Source: Xenorhabdus khoisanae
Lineage (GTDB): Bacteria; Pseudomonadota; Gammaproteobacteria; Enterobacterales; Enterobacteriaceae
Assembly: GCF_028598485.1 (NCBI RefSeq)
Contig: NZ_JAQRFL010000024.1
Length of the DNA stretch: 24,000 nt
Direction: 5' to 3' (one strand)
The translations under genes and the position numbers were made by a program. This document shows, piece after piece, positions 1 through 9,018 of the stretch (its first letter is position 1; each line of letters starts with the position of its first letter). A model generated the notes under the pieces. The model had not been told where the DNA came from. It ran no database searches and saw nothing but the letters and a program-made list of their open reading frames with translations.

Positions 1-764
1 CTGTGGTCATATCCTGCATGGAAGTTGATGGTCACTGGATAACTGATTTCATCGCAAACAGCCTGTAGTAATTCAGGACGTAACTGCTCCTCAAGGAAAT
101 CATCATTGAGTCCTTGATCAATTAAAATTGGGAGCTGTTTTTTTGCGTTCTTAATCAATTCTACAGAGTCATATTGCTTCCATTCAGACTTGTTTTCACC
201 AAGATAGTTGGAAAATGCTTTTATACCCCATGGAATTTGACTGGGAGCAACAATGGGTGAAAATGCCGATACGCTGCAATAATGGTCAGGGTTTTTCAGG
301 GCAATCACCATTGCGCCGTGGCCTCCCATGGAATGACCGCTGATCGATCGTATATCCGTTACCTCAAAGTTTGCCTCAATCAGTTCAGGCAATTCCGAAA
401 CAACATAATCGTACATACGATAATGTGAAGACCAGGGTTGTTTTAACGCATTGAGATAAAACCCTGCGCCTTTTCCAAGATCATAAGCAGGGTCATCAGC
501 GACATCGTTACCTCGTGGACTGGTATCTGGAGCCACAATAACAATACCATGCTCAGTCGCGTAACGTTGAGCGCCTGCTTTTGTGATGAAATTTTGTTCG
601 GTGCAAGTTAATCCAGAAAGCCAGTACAGTACAGACAATTTTCTTTCTCTAATCTGGGGAGGCAGGAAAACTGAAAAACGCATCTGGCAACCCAAAACCT
701 TTGATTCGTGTTGATAGACATCCTGCCATCCACCAAAACAGGCGTGATGTTCGATTCTTTCCAT
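1..764 (-). CDS. frmB: S-formylglutathione hydrolase (esterase D family); C-terminal end runs off the window
   Basis: Absent from the ORF track because it has no stop in the window. My minus-strand translation from the ATG at 764-762 gives MERIEHHACFGGWQDVYQHESKVLGCQMRFSVFLPP...YWLSGLTCTEQNF...GHSMGGHGAMV...INFHAGYDH. The GHSMGG nucleophile elbow is encoded at 321-338. It lies directly downstream of frmA, as in E. coli frmAB. Confidence 0.92.
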   Translation of the reverse strand, partial: MERIEHHACFGGWQDVYQHESKVLGCQMRFSVFLPPQIRERKLSVLYWLSGLTCTEQNFITKAGAQRYATEHGIVIVAPDTSPRGNDVADDPAYDLGKGAGFYLNALKQPWSSHYRMYDYVVSELPELIEANFEVTDIRSISGHSMGGHGAMVIALKNPDHYCSVSAFSPIVAPSQIPWGIKAFSNYLGENKSEWKQYDSVELIKNAKKQLPILIDQGLNDDFLEEQLRPELLQAVCDEISYPVTINFHAGYDH

Positions 765-816
765 TACCTTTCTCTCTAAGATTAATCGTTGTGGTAATTC
801 TTTGGTTTTGTCAGAT

Positions 817-839
817 ACCGTGTTGGTTGACAACACGGT
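817..839 (-). other. Intercistronic stem-loop between frmA and frmB
   Basis: Perfect 9-bp stem ACCGTGTTG (817-825) / CAACACGGT (831-839) with a 5-nt loop, inside the 111-bp frmA-frmB gap. A T-run follows only on the plus (non-coding) strand. Confidence 0.5.
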
Positions 840-875
840 TTTCTGCTTATGGTCACTATTTAAAATCAATAGAAA

Positions 876-2018
<1,143 letters not shown>

Positions 2019-2026
2019 TTAACGAC

Positions 2027-2059
2027 ATTATAGGTAATTGCAATATAGATAATTGCAAT
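2027..2059 (-). promoter_or_regulatory. Candidate frmA promoter/operator: twin ATTGCAAT palindromes overlapping TTGCAA-N20-TATAAT
   Basis: ATTGCAAT occurs at 2037-2044 and 2052-2059, and the 10-mer TAATTGCAAT is repeated exactly with a 15-bp period. On the minus strand, TATAAT is at 2032-2027 and TTGCAA at 2058-2053. The whole region lies 42-75 bp upstream of the frmA ATG. Confidence 0.4.
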
Positions 2060-2280
2060 TTTCTGAAAGATAAGAAGATATTTATCCTCTTTATCAGGAA
2101 TGCAACTAAGAGTCTATCCCTGTAGTTTTTTGATACTGCTATTTGTTCATTTTCTTGGATGACGATTGATTTTGTAGTTGTATCACAAAATGAATAACAG
2201 GTGATTAGGCAAATTTCACGGGAAATAGAGGATGGGATTTTTCATCAAAACGATCATTAGAATTAAACAAACACATTTTT

Positions 2281-2309
2281 AGAGAAAATCACCGCCAATG
2301 CTTTGGCGG
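2281..2309 (-). terminator. Rho-independent terminator after the endolysin gene
   Basis: Stem CCGCCAA (2292-2298) / TTGGCGG (2303-2309) with loop TGCT. On the minus strand it is followed by TGATTTTCTCT. It begins 22 nt past the endolysin stop. Confidence 0.65.
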
Positions 2310-2330
2310 CGACTATATGTTGGCTGAGCT

Positions 2331-2726
2331 TTATAGCAATTCAAATGCCCGTGTAATAACAGCATCGGAATAGGGTTGCTGACCATTTTCCATCTGAATG
2401 ATAGCCTTAACCAGTTTGCTCATTGTATTGACATTTTCTACATCTATCACAACACTGCTGGGTACGCCGACCACTTTACATACATAGGCAATGTAAGCTT
2501 CGGTATTATTTTCATTTGGTGGTGCCCAGCGGGAAATAATCTGGCGAATAGTATTCAATCCATACTTGCGCTCGTAATTGCGCAGAATTTTCAGTATCGC
2601 CCGGATACCGTATTCAGGTGCCACAAACTGGCAAAATGATTTATCTGTCTGTATCTCGCGTAAACCCTGCCATTTATCACCATGGCGAATATTACCTGGG
2701 TTATGGTTACGAATCCCTCTTGTCAT
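2331..2726 (-). CDS. Small phage-type endolysin-like protein (NPGNIR-motif family), no signal or SAR sequence
   Basis: 131-aa ORF starting MTRGIRNHNPGNIRHGDKWQG. I recall this N-terminal motif from small proteins annotated as phage structural/lytic protein P5-like. Its ATG shares one nucleotide with the holin stop (TAATG at 2728-2724). The enzymatic class is not certain. Confidence 0.6.
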   Translation of the reverse strand: MTRGIRNHNPGNIRHGDKWQGLREIQTDKSFCQFVAPEYGIRAILKILRNYERKYGLNTIRQIISRWAPPNENNTEAYIAYVCKVVGVPSSVVIDVENVNTMSKLVKAIIQMENGQQPYSDAVITRAFELL

Positions 2727-3040
2727 TATTTATCTCCTAAACGTTTGTTGATGGCCCGGTTCGCAAATTCTCGTATTTTTTCCACACCAATAAAGCCAAC
2801 GGCACCGCCGAGAGCGGGTGAAACACTGCTTGGAATACCAAATAGTTCTAATCCACTGGAAAACCCCCACGACAACGCTCCGCATAGTAGCGGTTCGACC
2901 CAGCGATTTTTCCGCTCCACACCGTCATAAATCAGTCGGCCATAGCAAATCATGATGGCCAAAATAGAGCCTGATATCTGTGGCCATGCATTCTTCAGAC
3001 CGTTTAGTAAGTCGGCCCATAAATCAGGATGTTCTTTCAT
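2726..3040 (-). CDS. Class I holin, lambda S-like (three predicted TM segments)
   Basis: 104 aa. ISGSILAIMICYGRLIYDG...PLLCGALSWGFSSGLELFGI...ALGGAVGFIGVEKIREFANRAINKR parallels lambda S (...AILAFAMAYLRGRYNGG...[21 protein letters not shown]), with a charged C-terminus. RBS AGGA lies 6 nt upstream. Confidence 0.8.
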   Translation of the reverse strand: MKEHPDLWADLLNGLKNAWPQISGSILAIMICYGRLIYDGVERKNRWVEPLLCGALSWGFSSGLELFGIPSSVSPALGGAVGFIGVEKIREFANRAINKRLGDK

Positions 3041-3812
3041 TCTTAGTCCTATAATTTAATGATGGAGGTCACAGCCGCAGGCGCTTTTAACCAATTCAAT
3101 CCAGAAAAATAAGGTGCAATAATCCTCAATCGGGATTGGTTTTTAGTGCCGGCTTAATGACGCCCCGTACTCTTTCATAGTAACGTCAGTAAAGGAAATC
3201 CACATTGTTATGCTATTGTGCTCTGGCTCTTACTAAATCAACGTTATGACTGAGTGATATGTATAAGTAGGAGTTGGCTATTAGTATAAGAGCCAGGTTT
3301 AATAAACCTCTAAGAGGCAAGGGAGGGTTATTTCATTGATATGGAGATATTCAATGAAATAATTAAAAGATAATGAATTTAAAATAAAATCGCTTATCAG
3401 GTTGTTTTGTTCATTAACAACTTTACCGCCTTTCAACTCCATATCAGTGCTTGTAATACAAAGTTGTGAGTAACGAATAGAGAATATTATCGAGATTATT
3501 TTTTCTTTTGGTTTACTGAAGGGTTAAAAAATGGATGCTTAACGGGTTGATTATACAAAAAACAAATTAAAGTAATAAATAATAATCAAAAAACTAATTA
3601 CGATTAAATATTAACACAACAGTTATTAACTGTTTTTCCTGATATTTCAATATTGATGGCTTTGACTTTGTATAGCAAAGCTAATTTCCATGTCATGACC
3701 AAAATTGCACAAATCCAAATAGACACTATATTGATCAGTGTGATTTTAAGCATGAAAATTTATATTTAAGTAAATAGTTAACTAAAGTGATTACGTTAAT
3801 GGAGTTTATATT

Positions 3813-3857
3813 ATGGCTCACTCAGTACCGTTAAAAATGCTTTTTATACAGCATTAA
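3813..3857 (+). CDS. Candidate 14-codon upstream ORF (leader peptide) ahead of adiA: MAHSVPLKMLFIQH
   Basis: GGAG at 3801-3804, an 8-nt spacer, ATG at 3813 and TAA at 3855-3857. It ends 109 nt before the adiA ATG. It is too short for the ORF track, and no homology is known to me. Confidence 0.3.
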   Translation: MAHSVPLKMLFIQH

Positions 3858-3966
3858 CAGAATGAAAACCATCCAATTCCCTGATTGTGCCAACCATCCT
3901 ATGCAATTGCCAATAACACTAAATTTTCTTGTTGGTTCAAGTAGAGATAGCGTAAGGAAAAATGTC

Positions 3967-6240
3967 ATGAAAGTATTGATAGCAAAAAACGAAGTGGGTA
4001 CACAATATCATAATCACTATATTGAAAATGCGGTGCAGCGGTTGGCAGATAAATTAATCGAGAGAGATGTTGGTGTTGTTATTTCGGATTCTCTTGAGGA
4101 TAGCTATACGATAATTGCGGCCAATGAACCGTTCGATTGTTTGATGGTAAGTTGTGCACTGATGGATGACGATTTATATCGTAATATACACCAATTATTG
4201 AATAAACTGTCTGAACGTCAGGAAAATGTCCCGGTTTTTTTATTAAGTGATCGAGAAAAAACGGTATTTTTGCTGAACCATGAATTGCTGGAACAATTCG
4301 CTGAATTTGCTTGGATTCTAGAAGATTCGGCAGATTTTATCGCTGGCCGGGCTATTGCGGCAATGCATCGTTATCGCCAACAATTGTTGCCTCCCTTAAT
4401 GTCGGCTTTAATAAAATACAGCAAAATCTATGAATATTCTTGGGCTGCACCCGGGCATCAGGGTGGAGTTGGATTTAATAAAACACCTGTTGGTCGTTTT
4501 TATCATGATTATTATGGGGAAAATCTCTTCCGTACTGATATGGGTATTGAACGAGCCTCATTGGGGTCGTTGTTGGATCACTCGGGTGCGTTTGGGGAAA
4601 GTGAAAAAAATGCAGCCAGAGTATTTGGTGCAGACCACTCTTACTCGGTGGTAGTCGGAACATCAGGATCTAACCGCACGATTATGCAGGCTTGCATGAC
4701 CGAGGATGATGTCGTCATCATTGACCGCAATTGCCACAAATCCATTGAACAGGGATTAATCCTGACAGGCGCGAAACCTGTCTATATGCTGCCAAGCCGT
4801 AACCGCTATGGCATCATTGGGCCGATCTACCCGCAAGAAATGCAGGCAAAAACACTCCAGAAAAAGCTAAAACAGAACCCGTTGACTCAGGGTATGGCTA
4901 AGCTTAAACCAGTTTATAGCGTAGTCACAAACTGTACGTATGACGGTGTTTGCTATAACGCCAAACATGTACAGGAATTGCTGGATAAAAGTGTTGATAG
5001 GATACATTTTGATGAAGCATGGTATGGCTATGCGCGTTTTAATCCGATTTATCATGATCATTACGCCATGCGTGGGGAACCTAAAAGCCATTCAGGGCCG
5101 ACGGTATTTGCCACTCATTCATCTCACAAGCTGTTGAATGCACTATCACAAGCCTCTTTTATCCATGTGCGTGATGGGCGTAATCCTGTGGACTTTTCGA
5201 GATTTAATCAAGCCTACATGATGCACGCGACAACCTCTCCTTTATATGCTATTTGCGCTTCAAACGATATTGCAGTTTCTATGATGGACGGCAATAGCGG
5301 TTATTCCCTGACACAAGAAGTGATTGAGGAAGCCGTTGATTTTCGTCAGGCATTGGCACGTTTGCATCGGGAGTTCAGCAAAGAAGGTAGTTGGTTCTTT
5401 AAACCGTGGAATCAGGAGAAAGTGATAGATCCTGCAACAGGTAAAAAAATTGCCTTTGAAGACGCTCCCAGAGAATTACTGACAAAAGAGCAAAGTTGCT
5501 GGGTGATGCGTCCGGGGGATAGTTGGCACGGGTTTGACGATTTGCCGAATGACTGGAGTATGCTCGATCCGATTAAAGTCAGCATTTTAGCGCCAGGGAT
5601 GGGAGATAATGGTAAATTGCAGAAGAAAGGCGTACCTGCGGCCTTAGTAACGGCATGGTTAAGCCAGCACGGCATTGTACCTACCCGTACCACGGATTTT
5701 CAAATTATGTTCCTGTTTTCAATGGGGATTACCAAAGGAAAATGGGGAACATTACTCAATACCTTATTATCTTTCAAACACCATTATGATGCGAATACCC
5801 CTTTGAGTAAGGTTTTGCCGGATTTGGTGCAACAATATCCAGAGGTATATGGTCATTTAGGATTAAAAGAATTGGGCGACAAGATGTTCGATTATTTGCG
5901 GCAGAATAATCCGGGCGAAAAATTGAACCAAGCGTATGCGGGCCTACCTGAAATGGCAATGACGCCTCGAGCCGCTTATCAAGCTATTGTCACCAATAAT
6001 GTGGAAATGGTAGCACTGGATGATTTACCTCACCGTATCGCAGCGAATTCCATCATCCCTTATCCTCCCGGAATTCCAATGTTGCTTTCAGGAGAAAACT
6101 TTGGAGCCAAAACCAGTTCGCAAATTGGGTATTTGCATGCACTGCAAAAATGGGATCACGAATTCCCCGGTTTTGAACATGAAACGGAAGGTACGGAAAT
6201 TATCAACGGCATTTATCACGTTATGTGTATAAAAAAGTGA
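3967..6240 (+). CDS. adiA: Biodegradative (acid-inducible) arginine decarboxylase, PLP-dependent
   Basis: Near-colinear with E. coli AdiA as I recall it (MKVLIVESEF...EFAWILEDTADFIAGRA...YHVMCVKA). PLP-lysine context ATHSSHKLLNALSQAS. I chose the ATG at 3967 (MKVLIAKNE; AAGGA at 3954-3958, 8-nt spacer) rather than the track start at 3862. Confidence 0.95.
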   Translation: MKVLIAKNEVGTQYHNHYIENAVQRLADKLIERDVGVVISDSLEDSYTIIAANEPFDCLMVSCALMDDDLYRNIHQLLNKLSERQENVPVFLLSDREKTVFLLNHELLEQFAEFAWILEDSADFIAGRAIAAMHRYRQQLLPPLMSALIKYSKIYEYSWAAPGHQGGVGFNKTPVGRFYHDYYGENLFRTDMGIERASLGSLLDHSGAFGESEKNAARVFGADHSYSVVVGTSGSNRTIMQACMTEDDVVIIDRNCHKSIEQGLILTGAKPVYMLPSRNRYGIIGPIYPQEMQAKTLQKKLKQNPLTQGMAKLKPVYSVVTNCTYDGVCYNAKHVQELLDKSVDRIHFDEAWYGYARFNPIYHDHYAMRGEPKSHSGPTVFATHSSHKLLNALSQASFIHVRDGRNPVDFSRFNQAYMMHATTSPLYAICASNDIAVSMMDGNSGYSLTQEVIEEAVDFRQALARLHREFSKEGSWFFKPWNQEKVIDPATGKKIAFEDAPRELLTKEQSCWVMRPGDSWHGFDDLPNDWSMLDPIKVSILAPGMGDNGKLQKKGVPAALVTAWLSQHGIVPTRTTDFQIMFLFSMGITKGKWGTLLNTLLSFKHHYDANTPLSKVLPDLVQQYPEVYGHLGLKELGDKMFDYLRQNNPGEKLNQAYAGLPEMAMTPRAAYQAIVTNNVEMVALDDLPHRIAANSIIPYPPGIPMLLSGENFGAKTSSQIGYLHALQKWDHEFPGFEHETEGTEIINGIYHVMCIKK

Positions 6241-6257
6241 GTACGGGAAAATAAATT

Positions 6258-7586
6258 ATGGCTACAGTTTCAGAGATGAAAAAAGTCGGATTGATCCCCG
6301 TTACGTTGATGGTTGCAGGTAACATTATGGGATCTGGGGTTTTCCTTCTGCCCGCCAGTCTGGCTTCGACAGGAGGTATCGCCATTCTGGGTTGGTTAGT
6401 GACTATCATCGGTGCGGTGGGATTATCGATTGTATACGCCAAGATATCTTCACTGGATGATAGCCCCGGTGGTTCTTATGCCTATGCACGACGGGCCTTC
6501 GGGCCTTTTTTGGGCTATCAGACCAACGTCTTGTATTGGCTGGCGTGCTGGATCGGAAATATCGCGATGGTCGTGATCGGGGTAGGTTACCTGAGTTACT
6601 TTTTCCCAATTCTGAAAGATCCGATAATCCTGACCATCACTTGTACGGCGATATTGTGGATATTTGTCTTTTTGAACATTATCGGGCCGCATGTCATTAC
6701 CAAAGTACAAGCTGTGGCGACAACGTTGGCGTTGATTCCGATTGTAGCGACGGCGGTTTTTGGATGGTTCTGGTTCAGCGGTAGGACTTACATGGAAGCG
6801 TGGAACGTAAGTGGGTTAAATACTTTCGGGGCTATTCAAAGTATTTTAAACGTGACGCTGTGGTCTTTTATTGGTGTTGAAAGTGCTTCGGTTGCTGCTG
6901 GTGTGGTTAAAAATCCTAAGCGTAACGTACCAATTGCGACCATTGGTGGCGTGCTGATTGCGGCTGTTTGTTATGTTTTGTCCAGTAGCGTGATTATGGG
7001 GATGATCCCCAATGCGGCGTTGAAAATTTCATCTTCGCCTTTTGGGGATGCTGCCAGATTAGCATTGGGAGATACCGCAGGGGCAGTCGTTGCCTTTTGT
7101 GCAGCGGCAGGATGTTTGGGGTCTCTGGGGGGCTGGACATTACTTGCCGGGCAGACAGCCAAGGCGGCTGCGGATGATGGGTTGTTTCCTTCAATCTTTG
7201 CCAAAGTGAATAAAGCGGGAACACCCGTTGCTGGTTTGCTGATCCTTGGCGTTTTAATGACGGTGTTCCAGCTCAGTAGCATATCTCCGAATGCCGCGAA
7301 GGAATTTGGGTTGGTTTCTTCTGTCTCAGTTATTTTTACCCTGATACCTTATTTATATACCTGTGCAGCCTTGTTACTAATCGGTCATGGGCATCTTGGG
7401 CAAGAGAAAATACAATATGTTGTTATTACCTTTATTGCCTTTGTTTATTGCATCTGGGCGGTCATGGGAACAGGAGCAAAAGAAGTGGTGTGGACATTGG
7501 TTGTAATGATGATAATAACGGCTATGTATACTTTTAACTATAACACTAAACATCCTGTGCCTTTCCCCTTGGATAAAAAGGAATAA
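6258..7586 (+). CDS. adiC: Arginine:agmatine antiporter (APC superfamily)
   Basis: 442 aa. [35 protein letters not shown]... closely matches E. coli AdiC ([36 protein letters not shown]). It starts 17 nt after the adiA stop. Confidence 0.96.
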   Translation: MATVSEMKKVGLIPVTLMVAGNIMGSGVFLLPASLASTGGIAILGWLVTIIGAVGLSIVYAKISSLDDSPGGSYAYARRAFGPFLGYQTNVLYWLACWIGNIAMVVIGVGYLSYFFPILKDPIILTITCTAILWIFVFLNIIGPHVITKVQAVATTLALIPIVATAVFGWFWFSGRTYMEAWNVSGLNTFGAIQSILNVTLWSFIGVESASVAAGVVKNPKRNVPIATIGGVLIAAVCYVLSSSVIMGMIPNAALKISSSPFGDAARLALGDTAGAVVAFCAAAGCLGSLGGWTLLAGQTAKAAADDGLFPSIFAKVNKAGTPVAGLLILGVLMTVFQLSSISPNAAKEFGLVSSVSVIFTLIPYLYTCAALLLIGHGHLGQEKIQYVVITFIAFVYCIWAVMGTGAKEVVWTLVVMMIITAMYTFNYNTKHPVPFPLDKKE

Positions 7587-7606
7587 TTCAGACTTTCAGG
7601 ATTATA

Positions 7607-7633
7607 AGGTGCTGAAATATCAGCACCTTTTTA
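7607..7633 (+). terminator. Rho-independent terminator of adiAC
   Basis: Stem AGGTGCTG (7607-7614) / CAGCACCT (7621-7628), loop AAATAT, then a T-run that overlaps the stem end (TTTTT, 7628-7632). It lies 20 nt after the adiC stop. Confidence 0.85.
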
Positions 7634-7703
7634 TATTGTAGAACGGCCGCGGTGGAGTTCCCTCATTACTTCACTCATAAGAGTATTCCAGCCGTGTGTT
7701 TTG

Positions 7704-7747
7704 CCCCGCCGTTCCCGCATAGCGGCTGGCGTAGCCAGAGGGCGGGG
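7704..7747. repeat. GC-rich nested palindromic unit (REP-like)
   Basis: Outer arms CCCCGCC (7704-7710) / GGCGGGG (7741-7747) enclose the inner hairpin CTGGC-GTA-GCCAG (7726-7738). It is a GC island in AT-rich intergenic DNA. A related CCCCG...CGGGG unit sits at 10026-10044. Confidence 0.45.
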
Positions 7748-7851
7748 AGGATGTTCACTTTTCCCAAGAACAATTTTATAATGAGTCGTTTAACATGTTC
7801 TTTTCTCAGTAATTATTTCTGGATGTTTTTATTACTTATAGTTGAGGAATT

Positions 7852-8667
7852 ATGAATTTCGTAGAAAAGATTAGCTATTCATCCGATAAAAATAACTCTC
7901 TACTTTGCATCGGTATAGATCCCATAAACGATAAATTACCCGAATGCTATAGAAATTCCGAAGATGGATATTATGAATTTAGTAAGAAAATAATTGATTC
8001 TACTCATGATTTAGTGTGTGCATATAAGCCACAGATTGCCCATTTTTCATCAGTTGGCAAAGAAGATGAACTCGAAAAAATCATCAATTATATAAAAACC
8101 ACTTACCCTGATATCCCTATTATCCTTGATGCAAAACGTGGTGATATCGGCAGTACTGCAGAGCAATATGCAAAGGAAAGTTTCGAAAGGTATGATGTTG
8201 ATGCTGTTACAATCAACCCTTATCTTGGTTTCGATTCCTTAAAGCCATTTTTAGATTATAAAGACAAGGGCATTATATTGTTGTGTCGGACATCAAACCC
8301 CGGTGCAATAAATATCCAAGATCTACTTGTTGATGGTGAACCATTATATAAGAGAGTTGCGTCCTTGATAGTTAACGAATGGAATTATAATAATAACTGT
8401 CTTGCTGTAGTAGGCGCAACTTGGCCTGCTCAGATGAAGGAAATTCGAGAAATAGCAAAAAATATTGTTTTCTTTGTTCCTGGAGTTGGCGCACAAGGCG
8501 GGTCAATTAAGGACTTGGTAATCAACGGAAAAAACGAAGATGGAAAAGGATTAATAATAAGTAGTTCTCGCTCTATTATTTATGCTTCACAGAATGAATT
8601 CAATTTTGCAGATAAAGCAAGGCAAGCAGCTAAAGGAATTAGGGATAATATCAATCTGTATAGATAA
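7852..8667 (+). CDS. Orotidine-5'-phosphate decarboxylase-like protein, subfamily 2 (long form)
   Basis: 271 aa with CAYKPQIAHF, LDAKRGDIGSTAEQYA and PGVGAQGG. As I recall, these are signatures of the roughly 270-aa subfamily-2 PyrF, not the roughly 245-aa enterobacterial type (FLDLKFHDIPNT). The gene is visibly very AT-rich and I/K/N-rich. GAGGA at 7844-7848. Confidence 0.8.
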   Translation: MNFVEKISYSSDKNNSLLCIGIDPINDKLPECYRNSEDGYYEFSKKIIDSTHDLVCAYKPQIAHFSSVGKEDELEKIINYIKTTYPDIPIILDAKRGDIGSTAEQYAKESFERYDVDAVTINPYLGFDSLKPFLDYKDKGIILLCRTSNPGAINIQDLLVDGEPLYKRVASLIVNEWNYNNNCLAVVGATWPAQMKEIREIAKNIVFFVPGVGAQGGSIKDLVINGKNEDGKGLIISSSRSIIYASQNEFNFADKARQAAKGIRDNINLYR

Positions 8668-8746
8668 ATAGAAAGCTTTTTATCCGCAGGATCAAATAAA
8701 TTATCAGATTTTTTATTACTAAATAGCTTATATGGACACCGACTGA

Positions 8747-8851
8747 ATAGTCGCGTTGGTTGCCTGTATGCACAAGCTTCTGACCATCCTGAACGCGATT
8801 GATCAGGAAGGGAAGATGCGGGATGAGTCTTACCATCAGGTGACCCAGTGA
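8747..8851 (+). pseudogene. C-terminal fragment of an IS110-family transposase (about 34 codons, 5'-truncated)
   Basis: Frame 8747-8851 reads IVALVACMHKLLTILNAIDQEGKMRDESYHQVTQ*. VALVACM(R/H)KLLTILNA matches the conserved IS110/IS1111 transposase C-terminus as I recall it. An in-frame TGA at 8744-8746 and no upstream continuation indicate truncation. Confidence 0.55.
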
Positions 8852-8880
8852 AATTAGCGTTCAAGACAGATACTGTCGTC

Positions 8881-8915
8881 TTTCAAGTTGCCGCTTTGTT
8901 GGCTGCATCTTGAAA
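8881..8915. repeat. Imperfect palindrome TTTCAAGTTGC...GCATCTTGAAA
   Basis: 11-bp arms (8881-8891 / 8905-8915) with one mismatch and a 13-nt loop. It resembles the outer arms of ERIC (CTTCAAGTTGCA...TGCAACTCGAA, from memory). Alternatively it is the end of the decayed IS. Confidence 0.35.
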
Positions 8916-9018
8916 TCCATTGGGTATAGGTGTTAGATAACTCACAGTAAGCTGCCTGAATTTCAATATAATAAAGAAATCAGAATAACTTGGTATTTCA
9001 GTAGATAGGAGCATGCAT

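Noticed and set aside
2331-3040. Interpreting the holin/endolysin pair as evidence of a prophage in the window.
   Set aside because: No other phage-type gene (integrase, terminase, capsid, tail, spanin, repressor) occurs on either side, and both flanks are chromosomal metabolic genes.
3299-3442. 47-codon minus-strand ORF (MELKGGKVVNEQNN...) in the holin-adiA spacer.
   Set aside because: It has no SD, spans the 12-bp inverted repeat, and has the low-complexity AT-driven composition of a chance ORF.
3862-3966. ORF-track start of adiA at 3862, giving a 35-aa N-terminal extension (MKTIQFPDCANHP...).
   Set aside because: E. coli AdiA begins MKVLIV.... The ATG at 3967 reproduces that N-terminus and has AAGGA 8 nt upstream, while 3862 has no SD. 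The extension is probably just an open upstream frame.
7652-7855. 67-aa ORF between adiC and the ODCase gene.
   Set aside because: It is made up largely of the GC-rich palindromic repeat. It has no RBS and an implausible composition.
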